A stretch of 64,000 bases of DNA. Origin: an uncultured bacterium (GTDB lineage Bacteria > Fidelibacterota > Marinisomatia > SCGC-AAA003-L08 > GCA-002704045). The stretch spans positions 16,483 to 80,482 of the forward strand of contig CAYFPO010000002.1 of NCBI GenBank assembly GCA_964345035.1. Direction: 5' to 3'. Of the stretch, positions 48,207-59,855 are shown one piece after another. Position 1 is the stretch's first letter; every line of letters starts with the position of its first letter. A program made the translations under genes and the position numbers. The notes below the pieces were generated by a model, which did not search any database, had not been told where the DNA came from, and worked only from the letters and a program-made list of their open reading frames with translations.

Positions 48207-48213
48207 CGGAAGT

Positions 48214-48741
48214 ATGAAGTGGTATTCTCTCCGGGTTATTTCTGGAAGAGAAAAAAAGGTTAAGGATAATATTCTTTATGAAGTAGAGGAGAATAAAATT
48301 CCTGAGACGGTTGAAAATATTTTTGTTCCAACCGAAAAAGTTATCGAAGTCAGGGGTGCAAAGAAAAAAGTTAAAGAAAAAGTTTTTTTTCCTGGATATG
48401 TCCTTATAAAAATGCTTCTAAATAAAGAAACCAGGTACATCGTAGAAAATACTCAGGGCGTATTAAATTTTATTAGTGCAAACAATGAACCGGTTGCGCT
48501 TCGTGAAGAAGAAGTGAAAAGAATTATCGGTGAAGTTGAGCGGAAAGAAGGCAAGGAGATACTTGAAACACCATATAGAATTGGTGATGCTGTAAAGGTG
48601 GTAGATGGCCCCTTTACAGATTTTGCAGGATTTGTGGAAGAGGTTAATAAAGATAAACAAAAAGTTAAAGTTACAGTTTCAATATTTGGCAGACCTACTC
48701 CGGTGGAATTGGATTTTTATCAAGTAGAATTAGAAAATTAA
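48214..48741 (+). CDS. nusG: Transcription termination/antitermination factor NusG
   Basis: MKWYSLRVISGREKKV is the NGN domain, and the C-terminal KOW is GDAVKVVDGPFTDFAGFVEEV. The ATG at 48214 lies after the secE stop. Confidence 0.95.
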   Translation: MKWYSLRVISGREKKVKDNILYEVEENKIPETVENIFVPTEKVIEVRGAKKKVKEKVFFPGYVLIKMLLNKETRYIVENTQGVLNFISANNEPVALREEEVKRIIGEVERKEGKEILETPYRIGDAVKVVDGPFTDFAGFVEEVNKDKQKVKVTVSIFGRPTPVELDFYQVELEN

Positions 48742-48752
48742 AATAGAATAAA

Positions 48753-49178
48753 ATGGCAAAAAAGGTAATTGGATTTTTAAAACTGCAAATTCCTGCTGGG
48801 AAGGCAAATCCAGCGCCACCTGTTGGTCCTGCATTGGGACAGCATGGTGTAAATATAATGGAATTTTGTAAGGCATTTAATGCACAAACCCAGGATCAAA
48901 TGGGAAAGATTATTCCTGTTGAATTGACAGTATTTGCAGACAGATCATTTACATTTATAACAAAAACTCCACCAGTTCCAACATTATTAATTGAGGCTGC
49001 TAAAATCCCCAAAGGTTCAGGGGAGCCTAATCGTGAAAAAGTAGGCACAGTTACAAGTAATGATGTGAGAAAAATTGCAGAAGTAAAAATGCCTGACCTG
49101 AATACAACAAATGTAGAGTCTGCAATGAGAATGGTAGAGGGAACTGCGAGAAGTATGGGTATTGTAGTAGAAGGATAA
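48753..49178 (+). CDS. rplK: 50S ribosomal protein L11
   Basis: [34 protein letters not shown] is the L11 signature. Confidence 0.98.
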   Translation: MAKKVIGFLKLQIPAGKANPAPPVGPALGQHGVNIMEFCKAFNAQTQDQMGKIIPVELTVFADRSFTFITKTPPVPTLLIEAAKIPKGSGEPNREKVGTVTSNDVRKIAEVKMPDLNTTNVESAMRMVEGTARSMGIVVEG

Positions 49179-49183
49179 CTGGA

Positions 49184-49876
49184 ATGAAAAAAAGCAAAAG
49201 ATATGCAGAAAATTTAGCGAAGGTCGATAGAAATAAGGATTATTCTCTTTCTGATGGTGTGCAGATGTTGAAAGAGATGGCAGGAGTTAAATTTGATGAA
49301 ACTGTAGATATTGCTGTCAACTTGGGTGTAGATCCCAGGCATGCAGACCAGGTAATTCGTGGTACTGTATCTCTTCCTAATGGTACAGGAAAAGATGTTA
49401 AGGTCCTTGTATTTGCTCAGGGAGAGAATGTGGTAATTGCTGAAGAAGCAGGTGCTGATTATGTTGGTTCAGATGAATTCGTTGATAAGGTTAAAGGTGG
49501 TTGGACTGATGTTGATGTAATTATTTCAACACCTGACATGATGGGTAAGGTTGGCCAGCTTGGTAAGATATTGGGTCCACGCGGATTAATGCCGAGCCCT
49601 AAAGCTGGTACAGTAACCCCAGATGTAGCAAAAGCAGTAAACGAAGTTAAAGCAGGACGAATTGAATATAGAGTCGAAAAAACCGGTATTGTTCATTCAA
49701 TAATTGGTAAATCGAGTTTTGAAAGTGAAATGCTGGTGGAAAATGCCCAAACATTTGTAAATGCGCTATTAAGAGCCAAACCTGCTTCTGTTAAAGGGAC
49801 TTATTTAAAGAAGATTACATTATCCTCAACTATGGGTCCGGGGATTAAAATTGACAAAACAACTATCAGTGCTTAG
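49184..49876 (+). CDS. rplA: 50S ribosomal protein L1
   Basis: [34 protein letters not shown] is the L1 signature. Confidence 0.98.
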   Translation: MKKSKRYAENLAKVDRNKDYSLSDGVQMLKEMAGVKFDETVDIAVNLGVDPRHADQVIRGTVSLPNGTGKDVKVLVFAQGENVVIAEEAGADYVGSDEFVDKVKGGWTDVDVIISTPDMMGKVGQLGKILGPRGLMPSPKAGTVTPDVAKAVNEVKAGRIEYRVEKTGIVHSIIGKSSFESEMLVENAQTFVNALLRAKPASVKGTYLKKITLSSTMGPGIKIDKTTISA

Positions 49877-49884
49877 GAATTAAT

Positions 49885-50400
49885 ATGGCAACTCCACAAA
49901 AAATACAAATTGTAGAGGAAACTCAAAAGCGTTTTGAAAATAGCAACGGAATTTATTTTACAAAATATACCGGATTGAGTGTAGCCCAGGCAACAGATCT
50001 CCGTGACAAATTCCGTGAAAAAGGTGTGTTTTATAAAGTAACTAAAAACACATTAACAAAAATTGCAGCTAAAAATTCGGGATATGAAAATGTAGATGAT
50101 TTCCTTGAAAATCAAATTGGGATTGCATACAGTGAATCTGATCCATCTGCACCTGCAAAAGTAATTAAAGAATTTAATAAGAATGGTGGTTCTGTTGAGG
50201 TTGTGGGAGTGCTTTTTGAAGGTAAGAGGTTTGAGGGTAGTCAATTTGAATTGTTGGCAAATCTTCCTTCAAGAGAAGATTTGTATGTAAAATTGTTAAA
50301 CGGGCTTTCCCAGCCAATGACAAAGTTGGCTTCCACATTGAGCGGAGCTATGACAAAATTTATGTATACACTTGAAAATTTAAAACAATCAAAATCTTAA
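49885..50400 (+). CDS. rplJ: 50S ribosomal protein L10
   Basis: 171 aa located between rplA and rplL. The L10 N-terminal pattern (GLSVAQATDLRDKFRE) is present. Confidence 0.95.
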   Translation: MATPQKIQIVEETQKRFENSNGIYFTKYTGLSVAQATDLRDKFREKGVFYKVTKNTLTKIAAKNSGYENVDDFLENQIGIAYSESDPSAPAKVIKEFNKNGGSVEVVGVLFEGKRFEGSQFELLANLPSREDLYVKLLNGLSQPMTKLASTLSGAMTKFMYTLENLKQSKS

Positions 50401-50420
50401 GGTAATATCAGGAGAAAATA

Positions 50421-50804
50421 ATGGCTGAAGTAAAAAGAGAAGATGTATTAACCTATTTGGAATCTGCAACAATGTTGGAAATTTCCGAGTTAATAACAGA
50501 CATTGAAGACAAGTTCGGTGTAACTGCCGCTGCTCCAGTAGCTGCAGTAGCAGCAGCGCCAGCAGCATCAGATGCAGGTGCGGCAGAAGAAAAAACTGAA
50601 TTTGATGTTGTAATTGAACAGATTGGTGATAAGAAAATCAATGTGATTAAAGCTGTAAGAGAAGTGACTACTTTAGGTCTGAAAGAAGCAAAAGATCTGG
50701 TAGACGGTGCTCCATCTACAGTTAAAGAAGCAGCTCCAAAAGAAGAAGCTGAATCTATTAAATCTAAGCTTGAGGAAGCCGGCGCAACGGTTGCACTTAA
50801 ATAA
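50421..50804 (+). CDS. rplL: 50S ribosomal protein L7/L12
   Basis: Ala-rich hinge ([14 protein letters not shown]) and the C-terminal domain [27 protein letters not shown]. Confidence 0.98.
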   Translation: MAEVKREDVLTYLESATMLEISELITDIEDKFGVTAAAPVAAVAAAPAASDAGAAEEKTEFDVVIEQIGDKKINVIKAVREVTTLGLKEAKDLVDGAPSTVKEAAPKEEAESIKSKLEEAGATVALK

Positions 50805-50871
50805 TCAGCTCAGATTTAATATTAGATAATAATTCCAATCACTCAAAACACTAAATAAAGGGGGATGTGCA

Positions 50872-53800
50872 TTGTCTGTTAATCCCAATGGAACTGTGGA
50901 CCGATTTAATTTTTCCCATGTAGAATCACTGGTGGATGTACCTGATCTGCTGGCTATTCAATTGAATTCCTACGAAGAATTTTTGCAGGAAAATGTGCTA
51001 ATTGAAAAGCGTAAGAATAAGGGTTTGGAGCATGTCTTCAAATCTATGTTTCCTGTGGAAGATACACATAAAAACTATGTGTTGGAATATAAATACTATT
51101 ATGTAGGACTTCCAAAATACACTGTAAAAGAATGTCTTGAACGCAGGATTTCTTATACAGTGCCACTAAAAGTGCGTTTTGTTCTGCATATAACTGATGA
51201 AAATGATCGTTCCAAATATGTGCAAGATATCGAGCAGGAAGTGTTTTTCGGAAATATCCCATATATGACTGATCGCGGGACATTTGTTATTAATGGAGCT
51301 GAACGCGTGATAGTCAGTCAGCTTCAAAGATCCCCTGGAGTGTTTTTTGATGAATCAATCCATCCAAACGGAACTAAACTATTTAAAGCAAGAATTATCC
51401 CCTTCCGAGGATCTTGGGTAGATTTTACAACAGATATTTATGATTGTATATATACCATCATTGACAGGAGGAGGAAATTTCCATGCACGCTATTGATGAG
51501 GTCTATCGGTTTTTCAACTAATAAAGATATTTTTGAAGCATTTGGAATGACAGAAATTGTTAAAACCAAAAATGTAAAATCTCTTATTGACCGTGTTTTA
51601 GCAGAAGATATTGTTGATAAAGAGACTGGAGAGATAATAGACGAAGCCGGAGATAAAATAACCAAAACGAGCGCGAATAGAATCCAGGAAAGAGGTATTT
51701 CGAAAATATCTTTGATTAAACAAGATATTGAACATATTGAAGTTGAAATGATTCTCAACACAATCGGAAAAGATCCTACAACCTCAACTGAAGAAGCTAC
51801 TAAGTTGTTATATCAGCACTTGCGTTCAGGTGAAGCACCTACCCTTGATATCGCACAGAAGTTTATTGAAAAAATGTTCTTTTCTACAAAGAAATATGAC
51901 TTAGGTCAGGTTGGGAGATATCGAATTAACAAAAAGTTCAATTTGGATGCGCCTATTGATGAACCTGTATTAATAAAAGATGATTTCATAGAAGTATTGA
52001 AATACTTGATCTCCATGAGGAAGGGAGAAAAAGATGCGGATGATATTGATCACTTGGGGAACAGACGTGTGCGGACGGTTGGTGAACAGTTGGCAAATCA
52101 ATTTAGTATTGCAATCAGCAGGATGCAAAGAACAATTCGGGAACGGATGAATCAAAGGGAGTCTGAGAGTTTAACTCCTCAGGATTTGGTGAATTCAAGA
52201 ATTGTTACAACTGTATTGAATACATTTTTTGGGACCAGTCAATTATCTCAGTTTATGGACCAAACAAATCCCTTATCCGAAGTAACACATAAACGGAGGA
52301 TTTCTTCCCTTGGGCCGGGTGGATTAACCCGTGAAAGGGCTGGGTTTGAGGTCAGGGATGTGCATCACACCCATTATGGTCGGTTATGTCCAATTGAAAC
52401 TCCGGAAGGTCCAAATATCGGACTGATCAGCTCATTGTCAACTTATGCAATCGTTAATAAGCTGGGATTTTTGGAATCTCCCTACAGGGTTGTTGAGCAT
52501 GCAAATGGAAAAGGATATAATATTTCTGATGATGTTGAATATCTTGCGCCGGATGATGAAGATCGTGTATTTATTGCGCAGGCTACTGAAGTTACTTCAA
52601 AAGAAAAATTTAAAAATAAATATATAAGAGCAAGAAAGGGAGATGATTTTCCTGTTGTTTCTTCTGGTGAAATCAGCTTTATGGACATCTCTCCAGGTCA
52701 GATTGTTAGTGTTTCTGCTGCATTAATTCCATTTCTGGAACATGATGATGCAAACCGAGCATTAATGGGGTCAAATATGATGAGGCAGGCGACACCATTA
52801 TTAAATCCGGAAACACCCATTGTAGGTACTGGGTTAGAATCACGTGTAGCCAAGGACTCCAGGTCTGCAGTGTATTCACGAATTAATGGAACTGTTCAGT
52901 CAGTGTCACCTGATGAAATTTTGATATCAACAAGGCGTAGACCGGATGACATCGCATTAGTAGAGGGTGGAAACCTTATTTCAATTAAGTTAAATAAATT
53001 CCTTAGATCTAATCAAAATACTTGCATAAATCAAAAACCACTGGTCAAACCCGGTGACAAAATCAGGAAGGGTGATTGTCTTGCTGATGGTGCTTCTACC
53101 GATAATGGAGAATTAGCGCTTGGAAGAAATTTAAGGGTAGCATTTATGCCATGGCGTGGGTATAATTTTGAGGATGCAATTGTAATTAATGAAAGACTGA
53201 TAAAAGAAGATATTCTTACTTCGATCCACATGAAGGAATTTGAAGTAGAAATCAGAGATACAAAGCGTGGCGAGGAAGAGTTGACAAATGAGATCCCGAA
53301 TGTTAGTGAAGACGCAACAAGGAATCTAGATGATTTTGGGATCATTCGTGTTGGAGCGGAAGTTTCAGCGGGAGATATTCTGGTTGGCAAGGTAACACCA
53401 AAAGGTGAGACTGATCCAACTCCCGAAGAGAAATTGCTAAGGGCAATTTTTGGGGATAAGGCAGGTGATGTGAAAGATGCATCAAAAAGAGCACCTGCAG
53501 GTGTTTTTGGTACTATTGTTGGAACTCAATTATTTGAGAGAAAAAGTCTTGCAATCCGAAAACAGGAAAGGCAGCAAATCAGGGAATTGCAAAAGACTGC
53601 CCGTGATGATCGCGTCAATTTAATGAAAAAACGCGATGAATTGCTGATTGATAATCTTGATGACCAGATTTCCGGTGGTATAAGAGACTCCATCACAAAT
53701 AAAACTCTTATAAAAGCAAAAACCCATTTGATTAGGCAAAGGGTTGAAAATCTTGACTTAGAACGTCTTTCATTAAAATCTCCCTGGGTTGAAGATCCTA

Positions 53801-54648
53801 AAAAATGGTTTACAATTTTAAAAATTTGGGAAAATTATAGATTTAACCTGAAAAAAATTGAAGAAAAGCTAGAGAAGAAAATTTTCCAATTACGAGTAGG
53901 TGATGAATTGCAACAAGGTGTAATGAAGCTTGCAAAAGTATATGTAGCTCAAAAGAGAAAAATAGCTGTTGGAGATAAAATGGCAGGGCGTCACGGTAAT
54001 AAGGGAATCGTTTCTATCATTGTTCCGGAAGAAGATATGCCCTACACTGTGGACGGTCAGGCAGTTGACATAATATTAAATCCACTGGGTGTTCCATCCA
54101 GGATGAACCTTGGACAGTTATTTGAAACGATGCTTGGATGGGCTGGTGAAAAACTGGGCAAAAAATATGCAACACCGGTATTTGATGGAGCTACAAGAGA
54201 AGAAGTAAAAAATGAAATGACTGCTGCAGGATTGCCGACGGCAGGAAAAGTAGGCCTTTGGGATGGCAGAAGCGGTGAGAAATTCCACCAGCCTGTAGTA
54301 GTTGGTAATATTTACATGTTGAAATTATCTCATCAGGTAAATGATAAGATGCATGCCCGTGCAACCGGACCTTATTCTCTTATTACGCAGCAGCCTCTCG
54401 GCGGAAAAGCACAATCTGGTGGTCAAAGGTTTGGAGAGATGGAAGTATGGGCATTGGAAGCCTATGGTGCAGCCCATACATTGCAGGAAATATTGACGGT
54501 TAAATCTGATGATGTAGAGGGCAGAGCGAGTCTGTATAACAAATTGGTTCGTGGGGAAAATTCACCAGAACCTAATATTCCCGAATCCTTTAACGTTCTT
54601 ATAAAAGAATTAGAGGGTCTTGGTTTAAATGTGGTTTTAAATAATTAA
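50872..54648 (+). CDS. rpoB: DNA-directed RNA polymerase subunit beta
   Basis: 1258 aa with conserved blocks (GTFVINGAERVIVSQL, NRRVRTVGE, GRHGNKG). TTG start preceded by AAAGGGGGA. Confidence 0.99.
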   Translation: MSVNPNGTVDRFNFSHVESLVDVPDLLAIQLNSYEEFLQENVLIEKRKNKGLEHVFKSMFPVEDTHKNYVLEYKYYYVGLPKYTVKECLERRISYTVPLKVRFVLHITDENDRSKYVQDIEQEVFFGNIPYMTDRGTFVINGAERVIVSQLQRSPGVFFDESIHPNGTKLFKARIIPFRGSWVDFTTDIYDCIYTIIDRRRKFPCTLLMRSIGFSTNKDIFEAFGMTEIVKTKNVKSLIDRVLAEDIVDKETGEIIDEAGDKITKTSANRIQERGISKISLIKQDIEHIEVEMILNTIGKDPTTSTEEATKLLYQHLRSGEAPTLDIAQKFIEKMFFSTKKYDLGQVGRYRINKKFNLDAPIDEPVLIKDDFIEVLKYLISMRKGEKDADDIDHLGNRRVRTVGEQLANQFSIAISRMQRTIRERMNQRESESLTPQDLVNSRIVTTVLNTFFGTSQLSQFMDQTNPLSEVTHKRRISSLGPGGLTRERAGFEVRDVHHTHYGRLCPIETPEGPNIGLISSLSTYAIVNKLGFLESPYRVVEHANGKGYNISDDVEYLAPDDEDRVFIAQATEVTSKEKFKNKYIRARKGDDFPVVSSGEISFMDISPGQIVSVSAALIPFLEHDDANRALMGSNMMRQATPLLNPETPIVGTGLESRVAKDSRSAVYSRINGTVQSVSPDEILISTRRRPDDIALVEGGNLISIKLNKFLRSNQNTCINQKPLVKPGDKIRKGDCLADGASTDNGELALGRNLRVAFMPWRGYNFEDAIVINERLIKEDILTSIHMKEFEVEIRDTKRGEEELTNEIPNVSEDATRNLDDFGIIRVGAEVSAGDILVGKVTPKGETDPTPEEKLLRAIFGDKAGDVKDASKRAPAGVFGTIVGTQLFERKSLAIRKQERQQIRELQKTARDDRVNLMKKRDELLIDNLDDQISGGIRDSITNKTLIKAKTHLIRQRVENLDLERLSLKSPWVEDPKKWFTILKIWENYRFNLKKIEEKLEKKIFQLRVGDELQQGVMKLAKVYVAQKRKIAVGDKMAGRHGNKGIVSIIVPEEDMPYTVDGQAVDIILNPLGVPSRMNLGQLFETMLGWAGEKLGKKYATPVFDGATREEVKNEMTAAGLPTAGKVGLWDGRSGEKFHQPVVVGNIYMLKLSHQVNDKMHARATGPYSLITQQPLGGKAQSGGQRFGEMEVWALEAYGAAHTLQEILTVKSDDVEGRASLYNKLVRGENSPEPNIPESFNVLIKELEGLGLNVVLNN

Positions 54649-54660
54649 GGGAGGACAATT

Positions 54661-57600
54661 TTGGCATTTCCTAAAAAACGATCTAAAAACAAGGCTAATC
54701 TGTTTACCTCAATCACTGTAGGGTTATTGTCGCCGGAAGAAATTCTGGAAAGATCCCGCGGAGAATGTTTAAAACCGGAAACTATCAATTATCGATCTTA
54801 TAAACCTGAGAAGGACGGACTGTTCTGTGAGAAAATATTCGGCCCGACTAAAGATTGGGAGTGCCATTGCGGTAAATATAAACGGATTAGGTATAGGGGG
54901 ATCATTTGTGACAGATGCGGTGTTGAAGTTACCAGGAAAACGGTAAGAAGAGAGAGAATAGGACATATCACGCTTGCTGTGCCAGTTGTGCACATTTGGT
55001 TTTTAAGATCTATTCCAAGTAAAATTAGTTACCTGCTTGGATATACAACCAAACAATTGGAGTCGATCACATATTATGAGAAATATGTGGTATTGAGCCC
55101 TGGAAAGTCCGGCAGGGAATACGGTGAGTTAATTACAGAAGAAGAATTTATTGAGTTAGAAACCGAGTTCGGATATGATGCAGTTTCTCAGCAAGATCAG
55201 GACGATGAAATATATTTTTACGCTGATATGGGGGGGAAGGCAATACGTCAACTGCTCAAAGATTTAGATGTAGTTAAGGTTATAGATAAGTTATCATATA
55301 GTGTTAAAAAAGAAAAGCTGTCTATTCAAAAAAGGGAAGATCACTTAAAGCGATTACGAATTTTAAGAAAGTTTGACCCAAGAGTAGAGCGCAAGTTGTT
55401 TAATAAACCTGAATGGCAAGCGATCAGTATTCTGCCGGTAATACCGCCTGAATTACGTCCATTAGTACCACTGGATGGTGGACGATTTGCTGCATCCGAT
55501 TTAAATGACCTTTATCGACGGGTTATCATTCGTAATAACAGATTGAAACAGTTAATGGAAATAAAGGCTCCTGACGTAATTCTCAGGAATGAAAAGAGAA
55601 TGCTGCAGGAGGCTGTGGATGCATTATTGGACAACAGTAGAATGAAGGCTGCTGTCCGTAGTGGTACGAGGAGACCATTAAAATCCCTTAGTGATTCTCT
55701 GAAAGGTAAGCAGGGTAGATTCCGTCTGAATCTTCTCGGGAAACGAGTTGATTATTCCGGCAGATCAGTTATTGTGGTAGGTCCGGAATTGAAATTGCAT
55801 GAATGTGGGCTTCCCAAAGAAATGGCAATTGAATTATTTTTACCATTTGTTATTAAAGAATTGATTGCAAGGGATTTCACCAAAACTCCTAGAAGTGCTA
55901 AAATGCTGGTTGAAAAGGGTGACAAAGAAGTGTATCAAGTTTTGGAATATGTAGTTAGGGATCATCCTGTATTGTTGAACAGAGCACCGACCTTGCATAG
56001 ATTGGGGATTCAGGCGTTTCAACCTGTCCTTGTAGATGGGAAGGCGATCAGGCTGCACCCACTGGTCTGTGCAGCATTCAATGCAGATTTTGATGGAGAC
56101 CAAATGGCGGTTCACGTACCGCTTTCGGCAGAGGCTCAAATGGAATCCTGGATGCTCATGCTTTCAAGTCATAATATCCTGCATCCCGCAAACGGTAAGC
56201 CAATTGCTATACCTTCTCAAGATATGATTTTGGGAAGCCATTATCTTACCAGGATTAGAGAAGGTGCAAAAGGAGAAGGGTCTTATATCGGTTCTTTCGA
56301 TGAAGCTCAGTTAGCAGTTGAAAATGATGAAATCGATTTACATGCGAAGGTACATTTTAAATTCAAGGATGAATGGATCAAGGATACTAGTATCGGCAGA
56401 ATATTGTTTAACAATATCCTACCTGATGGTCTTGAATTTTTCAATACCACATTAGACAAAAAGATAATTGAACAAATAGTAGGTTTATGTTATAAAGTAA
56501 CGGGTAATTATCAGACGGTCACATTTCTTGATCGATTGAAAAATATGGGCTTTTATTATGCTTCTATGAGTGGGGCTTCAATCGCAATTTCAGATGTATT
56601 AATACCAAGCCACAAAAATGAGTTGTTGAAATCTGCTGAAAAAGAAGTTGTAGAAATTCAGAGTAAATTCGACCGTCAGGTGTTGACAGAGGGTGAAAGA
56701 TACAATAAAGTCATTGATATATGGACGCATGCTACTAATGATGTTGCAAATGAGATGTTTGTTGAATTGGAGAAAGATAACCAGGGATTTAATCCTTTAT
56801 ATATGATGGCAGATTCAGGAGCACGCGGCAGTCAGGACCAGATTAAGCAGCTTGCTGGTATGCGTGGATTGATGGCAAAACCGAAGAAAAGCATGGTAGG
56901 GTCTGCCGGGGAAATTATTGAAAATCCAATTACTTCAAATTTTAAAGAAGGATTGTCTGTGTTCGAGTATTTCATATCCACTCACGGTGCAAGAAAAGGG
57001 TTGGCTGATACTGCATTGAAAACAGCAGATGCAGGTTATTTGACTCGCCGGCTTGTTGATGTTGCCCAGGATGTGACGATTAGCAGAGATGATTGTGGCA
57101 CTATTCAAGGTGTTGAAGTAGAAGATTTGAAAGAAGGTGAAGAAATTATCGAACCATTGGTTGATCGGATCTTTGGAAGAACCGTCTTGGAGAAAATTGT
57201 TGATCCTATTGACGGAACAGTATTCGCAAAGCCGGGTGATATTCTTGATCAAAATATCATAAGCAAAATTGACAAGAGTAATGTTTATAAAGTGAAAATC
57301 CGCTCTGTTTTAACTTGTGAAGCAGATGCAGGGATATGTAAAACTTGTTATGGGCTGAATCTTGCAACTAACAGGACGGTAATATTGGGTGATTCTGTTG
57401 GTATAATGGCGGCACAGTCAATTGGAGAGCCGGGGACTCAGTTAACATTACGTACATTCCATATCGGTGGTACTGCTGCAAGAATTGTTGAGCAAACAGA
57501 AATGATTACCAAAAAAGGCGGTAAAGTTACATTTTCTGATAATCTAACAACTGCAACTGTTGTGGATGAATTTGGCGATAAAGTAACAGTGTCAACAGTA

Positions 57601-58953
57601 AGGAATGGGCAAATGATCGTACACGGGGCAGAAGATGATTCTGTCTCCTCGTTTAATGTTCCTTATGGTGCGAAAATATTTGTAAAAGATAAAGCCAAAA
57701 TTAAATCAGGAGATGTGCTTTATACCTGGGATCCATATACTGATGTTATTCTTGCCAGACATGATGGTGTAGTGGAGTTTAAGGATTTAATTGAGGATGA
57801 AACCTACATAGAAGAGACTGTTGAGGGTGGTAAGAAGATGATGGTTGTAATTGAATCTAAAGACCGGAATTTAAGTCCACATATTGAAGTCAAAGGTAAA
57901 GGTAAAAATGCTGATGAAGGCGGGGGAAGTATCCTGCCGTTCCGAGCAACAGTGATGGTGAGAGAGGGACAAAAAGTTAAAGCAGGTGACCTTTTGGTTA
58001 AGATATCAAGGGAAATTTTAGGAAAAACCAGGGATATTACCGGCGGATTGCCCCGGATAGCAGAGCTGTTTGAGGCACGTCAACCTCAAGAACCGGCTGT
58101 GGTTACTGAAATTGATGGAAACGTAAAGTTTGGTCCTATTAAGCGAGGAGTTCGTCATATCCACGTTCACGGAAAAGATGAGGAAAGAATCTATAAAATT
58201 CCATACGGTAAACACATTATAGTTCATGATGGGGATTTTGTATTTTCCGGAGACAGGTTGTGTGAAGGTTCTGTTGCTCCTCAGAGTATTTTGTCAATTC
58301 GTGGTGCTTCCAAGGTGCAGGAATATTTAGTTGAAACCATTCAGGAAGTGTACAGACTCCAAGGCGTTTCTATAAACGATAAACATATAGAAGTGATTGT
58401 AAGACAGATGATGCAAAAAGTTGAAGTGCTGGATTCGGGTGATACTCAGGTATTGCCTGGAGATAGAGTCAATAGATTTTTGATGGCGCATGAAAATCGT
58501 GAAATTACAAAGAAAGTAGTAATTACTGACCCTGGTGATTCTGATTATGAAGAAGATGATGTTGTATATAAAGCCAATGTGAAGGATGTTAACAAGGAGC
58601 TTAAAGATAGCGGTAAAAAGTTAATTAAATCTGTAAAGGCAAAACCAGCAACTTTCAAACCTTTGTTGCTTGGTATAACTCGGGCTTCATTAAATACAGA
58701 AAGTTTTATATCCGCAGCTTCATTCCAGGAAACCACCAGGGTATTGACAGATGCAGCTGTTGAGGGTAAAACTGATCATCTGAATGGCTTAAAAGAGAAT
58801 GTTATTATTGGTCGATTAATTCCAGCTGGCACAGGATTTGGTAAAAACAGGGATATAATGGTCCGTAAAATACAGGAAGAGTCAGAAACATATGATGTTT
58901 TAGGTGCTGTGGATAAAAAAGATGAGAAAGAAGGTAGAACAATTGGAGTATAG
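54661..58953 (+). CDS. rpoC: DNA-directed RNA polymerase subunit beta'
   Basis: 1430 aa with the zinc-binding CHCGKYK...CDRCG and the catalytic NADFDGDQM motif. TTG start preceded by GGGAGG. Confidence 0.99.
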   Translation: MAFPKKRSKNKANLFTSITVGLLSPEEILERSRGECLKPETINYRSYKPEKDGLFCEKIFGPTKDWECHCGKYKRIRYRGIICDRCGVEVTRKTVRRERIGHITLAVPVVHIWFLRSIPSKISYLLGYTTKQLESITYYEKYVVLSPGKSGREYGELITEEEFIELETEFGYDAVSQQDQDDEIYFYADMGGKAIRQLLKDLDVVKVIDKLSYSVKKEKLSIQKREDHLKRLRILRKFDPRVERKLFNKPEWQAISILPVIPPELRPLVPLDGGRFAASDLNDLYRRVIIRNNRLKQLMEIKAPDVILRNEKRMLQEAVDALLDNSRMKAAVRSGTRRPLKSLSDSLKGKQGRFRLNLLGKRVDYSGRSVIVVGPELKLHECGLPKEMAIELFLPFVIKELIARDFTKTPRSAKMLVEKGDKEVYQVLEYVVRDHPVLLNRAPTLHRLGIQAFQPVLVDGKAIRLHPLVCAAFNADFDGDQMAVHVPLSAEAQMESWMLMLSSHNILHPANGKPIAIPSQDMILGSHYLTRIREGAKGEGSYIGSFDEAQLAVENDEIDLHAKVHFKFKDEWIKDTSIGRILFNNILPDGLEFFNTTLDKKIIEQIVGLCYKVTGNYQTVTFLDRLKNMGFYYASMSGASIAISDVLIPSHKNELLKSAEKEVVEIQSKFDRQVLTEGERYNKVIDIWTHATNDVANEMFVELEKDNQGFNPLYMMADSGARGSQDQIKQLAGMRGLMAKPKKSMVGSAGEIIENPITSNFKEGLSVFEYFISTHGARKGLADTALKTADAGYLTRRLVDVAQDVTISRDDCGTIQGVEVEDLKEGEEIIEPLVDRIFGRTVLEKIVDPIDGTVFAKPGDILDQNIISKIDKSNVYKVKIRSVLTCEADAGICKTCYGLNLATNRTVILGDSVGIMAAQSIGEPGTQLTLRTFHIGGTAARIVEQTEMITKKGGKVTFSDNLTTATVVDEFGDKVTVSTVRNGQMIVHGAEDDSVSSFNVPYGAKIFVKDKAKIKSGDVLYTWDPYTDVILARHDGVVEFKDLIEDETYIEETVEGGKKMMVVIESKDRNLSPHIEVKGKGKNADEGGGSILPFRATVMVREGQKVKAGDLLVKISREILGKTRDITGGLPRIAELFEARQPQEPAVVTEIDGNVKFGPIKRGVRHIHVHGKDEERIYKIPYGKHIIVHDGDFVFSGDRLCEGSVAPQSILSIRGASKVQEYLVETIQEVYRLQGVSINDKHIEVIVRQMMQKVEVLDSGDTQVLPGDRVNRFLMAHENREITKKVVITDPGDSDYEEDDVVYKANVKDVNKELKDSGKKLIKSVKAKPATFKPLLLGITRASLNTESFISAASFQETTRVLTDAAVEGKTDHLNGLKENVIIGRLIPAGTGFGKNRDIMVRKIQEESETYDVLGAVDKKDEKEGRTIGV

Positions 58954-59008
58954 TTATTGTATCAAAATTAAAATTAATCGTAACTTTATAGGCTTTACTG
59001 GAATTTAA

Positions 59009-59380
59009 ATGCCGACGATAAATCAATTAATAAGAAAAGGCCGGAAAAAACAATTTAAGAAAAATAAAGTGCCGGCGTTAACACATTGCCCGCAAAGGCG
59101 TGGTGTATGTACTCGTGTATACACAACAACACCTAAAAAGCCGAATTCAGCATTACGTAAAGTTGCCCGTGTAAGGCTGTCAAACGGATATGAGGTTTCT
59201 GCATACATTCCAGGCGAAGGACACAATCTGCAGGAACACTCAATTGTGTTAATTGAGGGTGGTCGTGTAAAGGATTTGCCCGGTGTTAGATATCATGTGA
59301 TCCGTGGTGTGCTTGACCCTGCGGGAGTTGAAGGGCGGAAAACAAGTCGTTCAAGATATGGTGCTAAAAAACCTAAATAA
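59009..59380 (+). CDS. rpsL: 30S ribosomal protein S12
   Basis: [12 protein letters not shown]...[16 protein letters not shown] is the S12 signature. Confidence 0.99.
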   Translation: MPTINQLIRKGRKKQFKKNKVPALTHCPQRRGVCTRVYTTTPKKPNSALRKVARVRLSNGYEVSAYIPGEGHNLQEHSIVLIEGGRVKDLPGVRYHVIRGVLDPAGVEGRKTSRSRYGAKKPK

Positions 59381-59382
59381 AT

Positions 59383-59847
59383 ATGCGTAGAAGAAGACCA
59401 GAAAAAAGAGAGATTCTGCCAGATCCGGTTTATAATGATCTGACTGTTGCAAAGTTTGTGAATAATTTGATGAAGAATGGGAAAAAGAGTATAGCTGAAA
59501 AAGTTTTTTATGAATCAATAGAAATCATTTCCAAAAAAAAGAAAGATGATGGAATTGAGATCTTTAAAAAGGCTTTAAGTAATGTAGCACCTGTTTTAGA
59601 AGTTAAATCTAAACGAATTGGTGGTGCCACTTACCAGGTTCCCAGGGAAATATCTGAAAATAGAAGTATGGCGCTTGCAATGAGATGGATACTGAGTTTT
59701 GCCCGGGGAAGGAAAGGCAATACCATGGCAGACCGGTTAGCTGCTGAATTGCTTGCTGCAGAATCTGGTGAAGGCGGCGCGGTCAAGAAAAAAGAAGACA
59801 CACATAAAATGGCAGAGGCAAACAAAGCTTTTGCTCATTTCAGATAA
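59383..59847 (+). CDS. rpsG: 30S ribosomal protein S7
   Basis: MRRRRPEKREILPDPVY...GGATYQVP is the S7 signature. Confidence 0.98.
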   Translation: MRRRRPEKREILPDPVYNDLTVAKFVNNLMKNGKKSIAEKVFYESIEIISKKKKDDGIEIFKKALSNVAPVLEVKSKRIGGATYQVPREISENRSMALAMRWILSFARGRKGNTMADRLAAELLAAESGEGGAVKKKEDTHKMAEANKAFAHFR

Positions 59848-59855
59848 ACTGATTA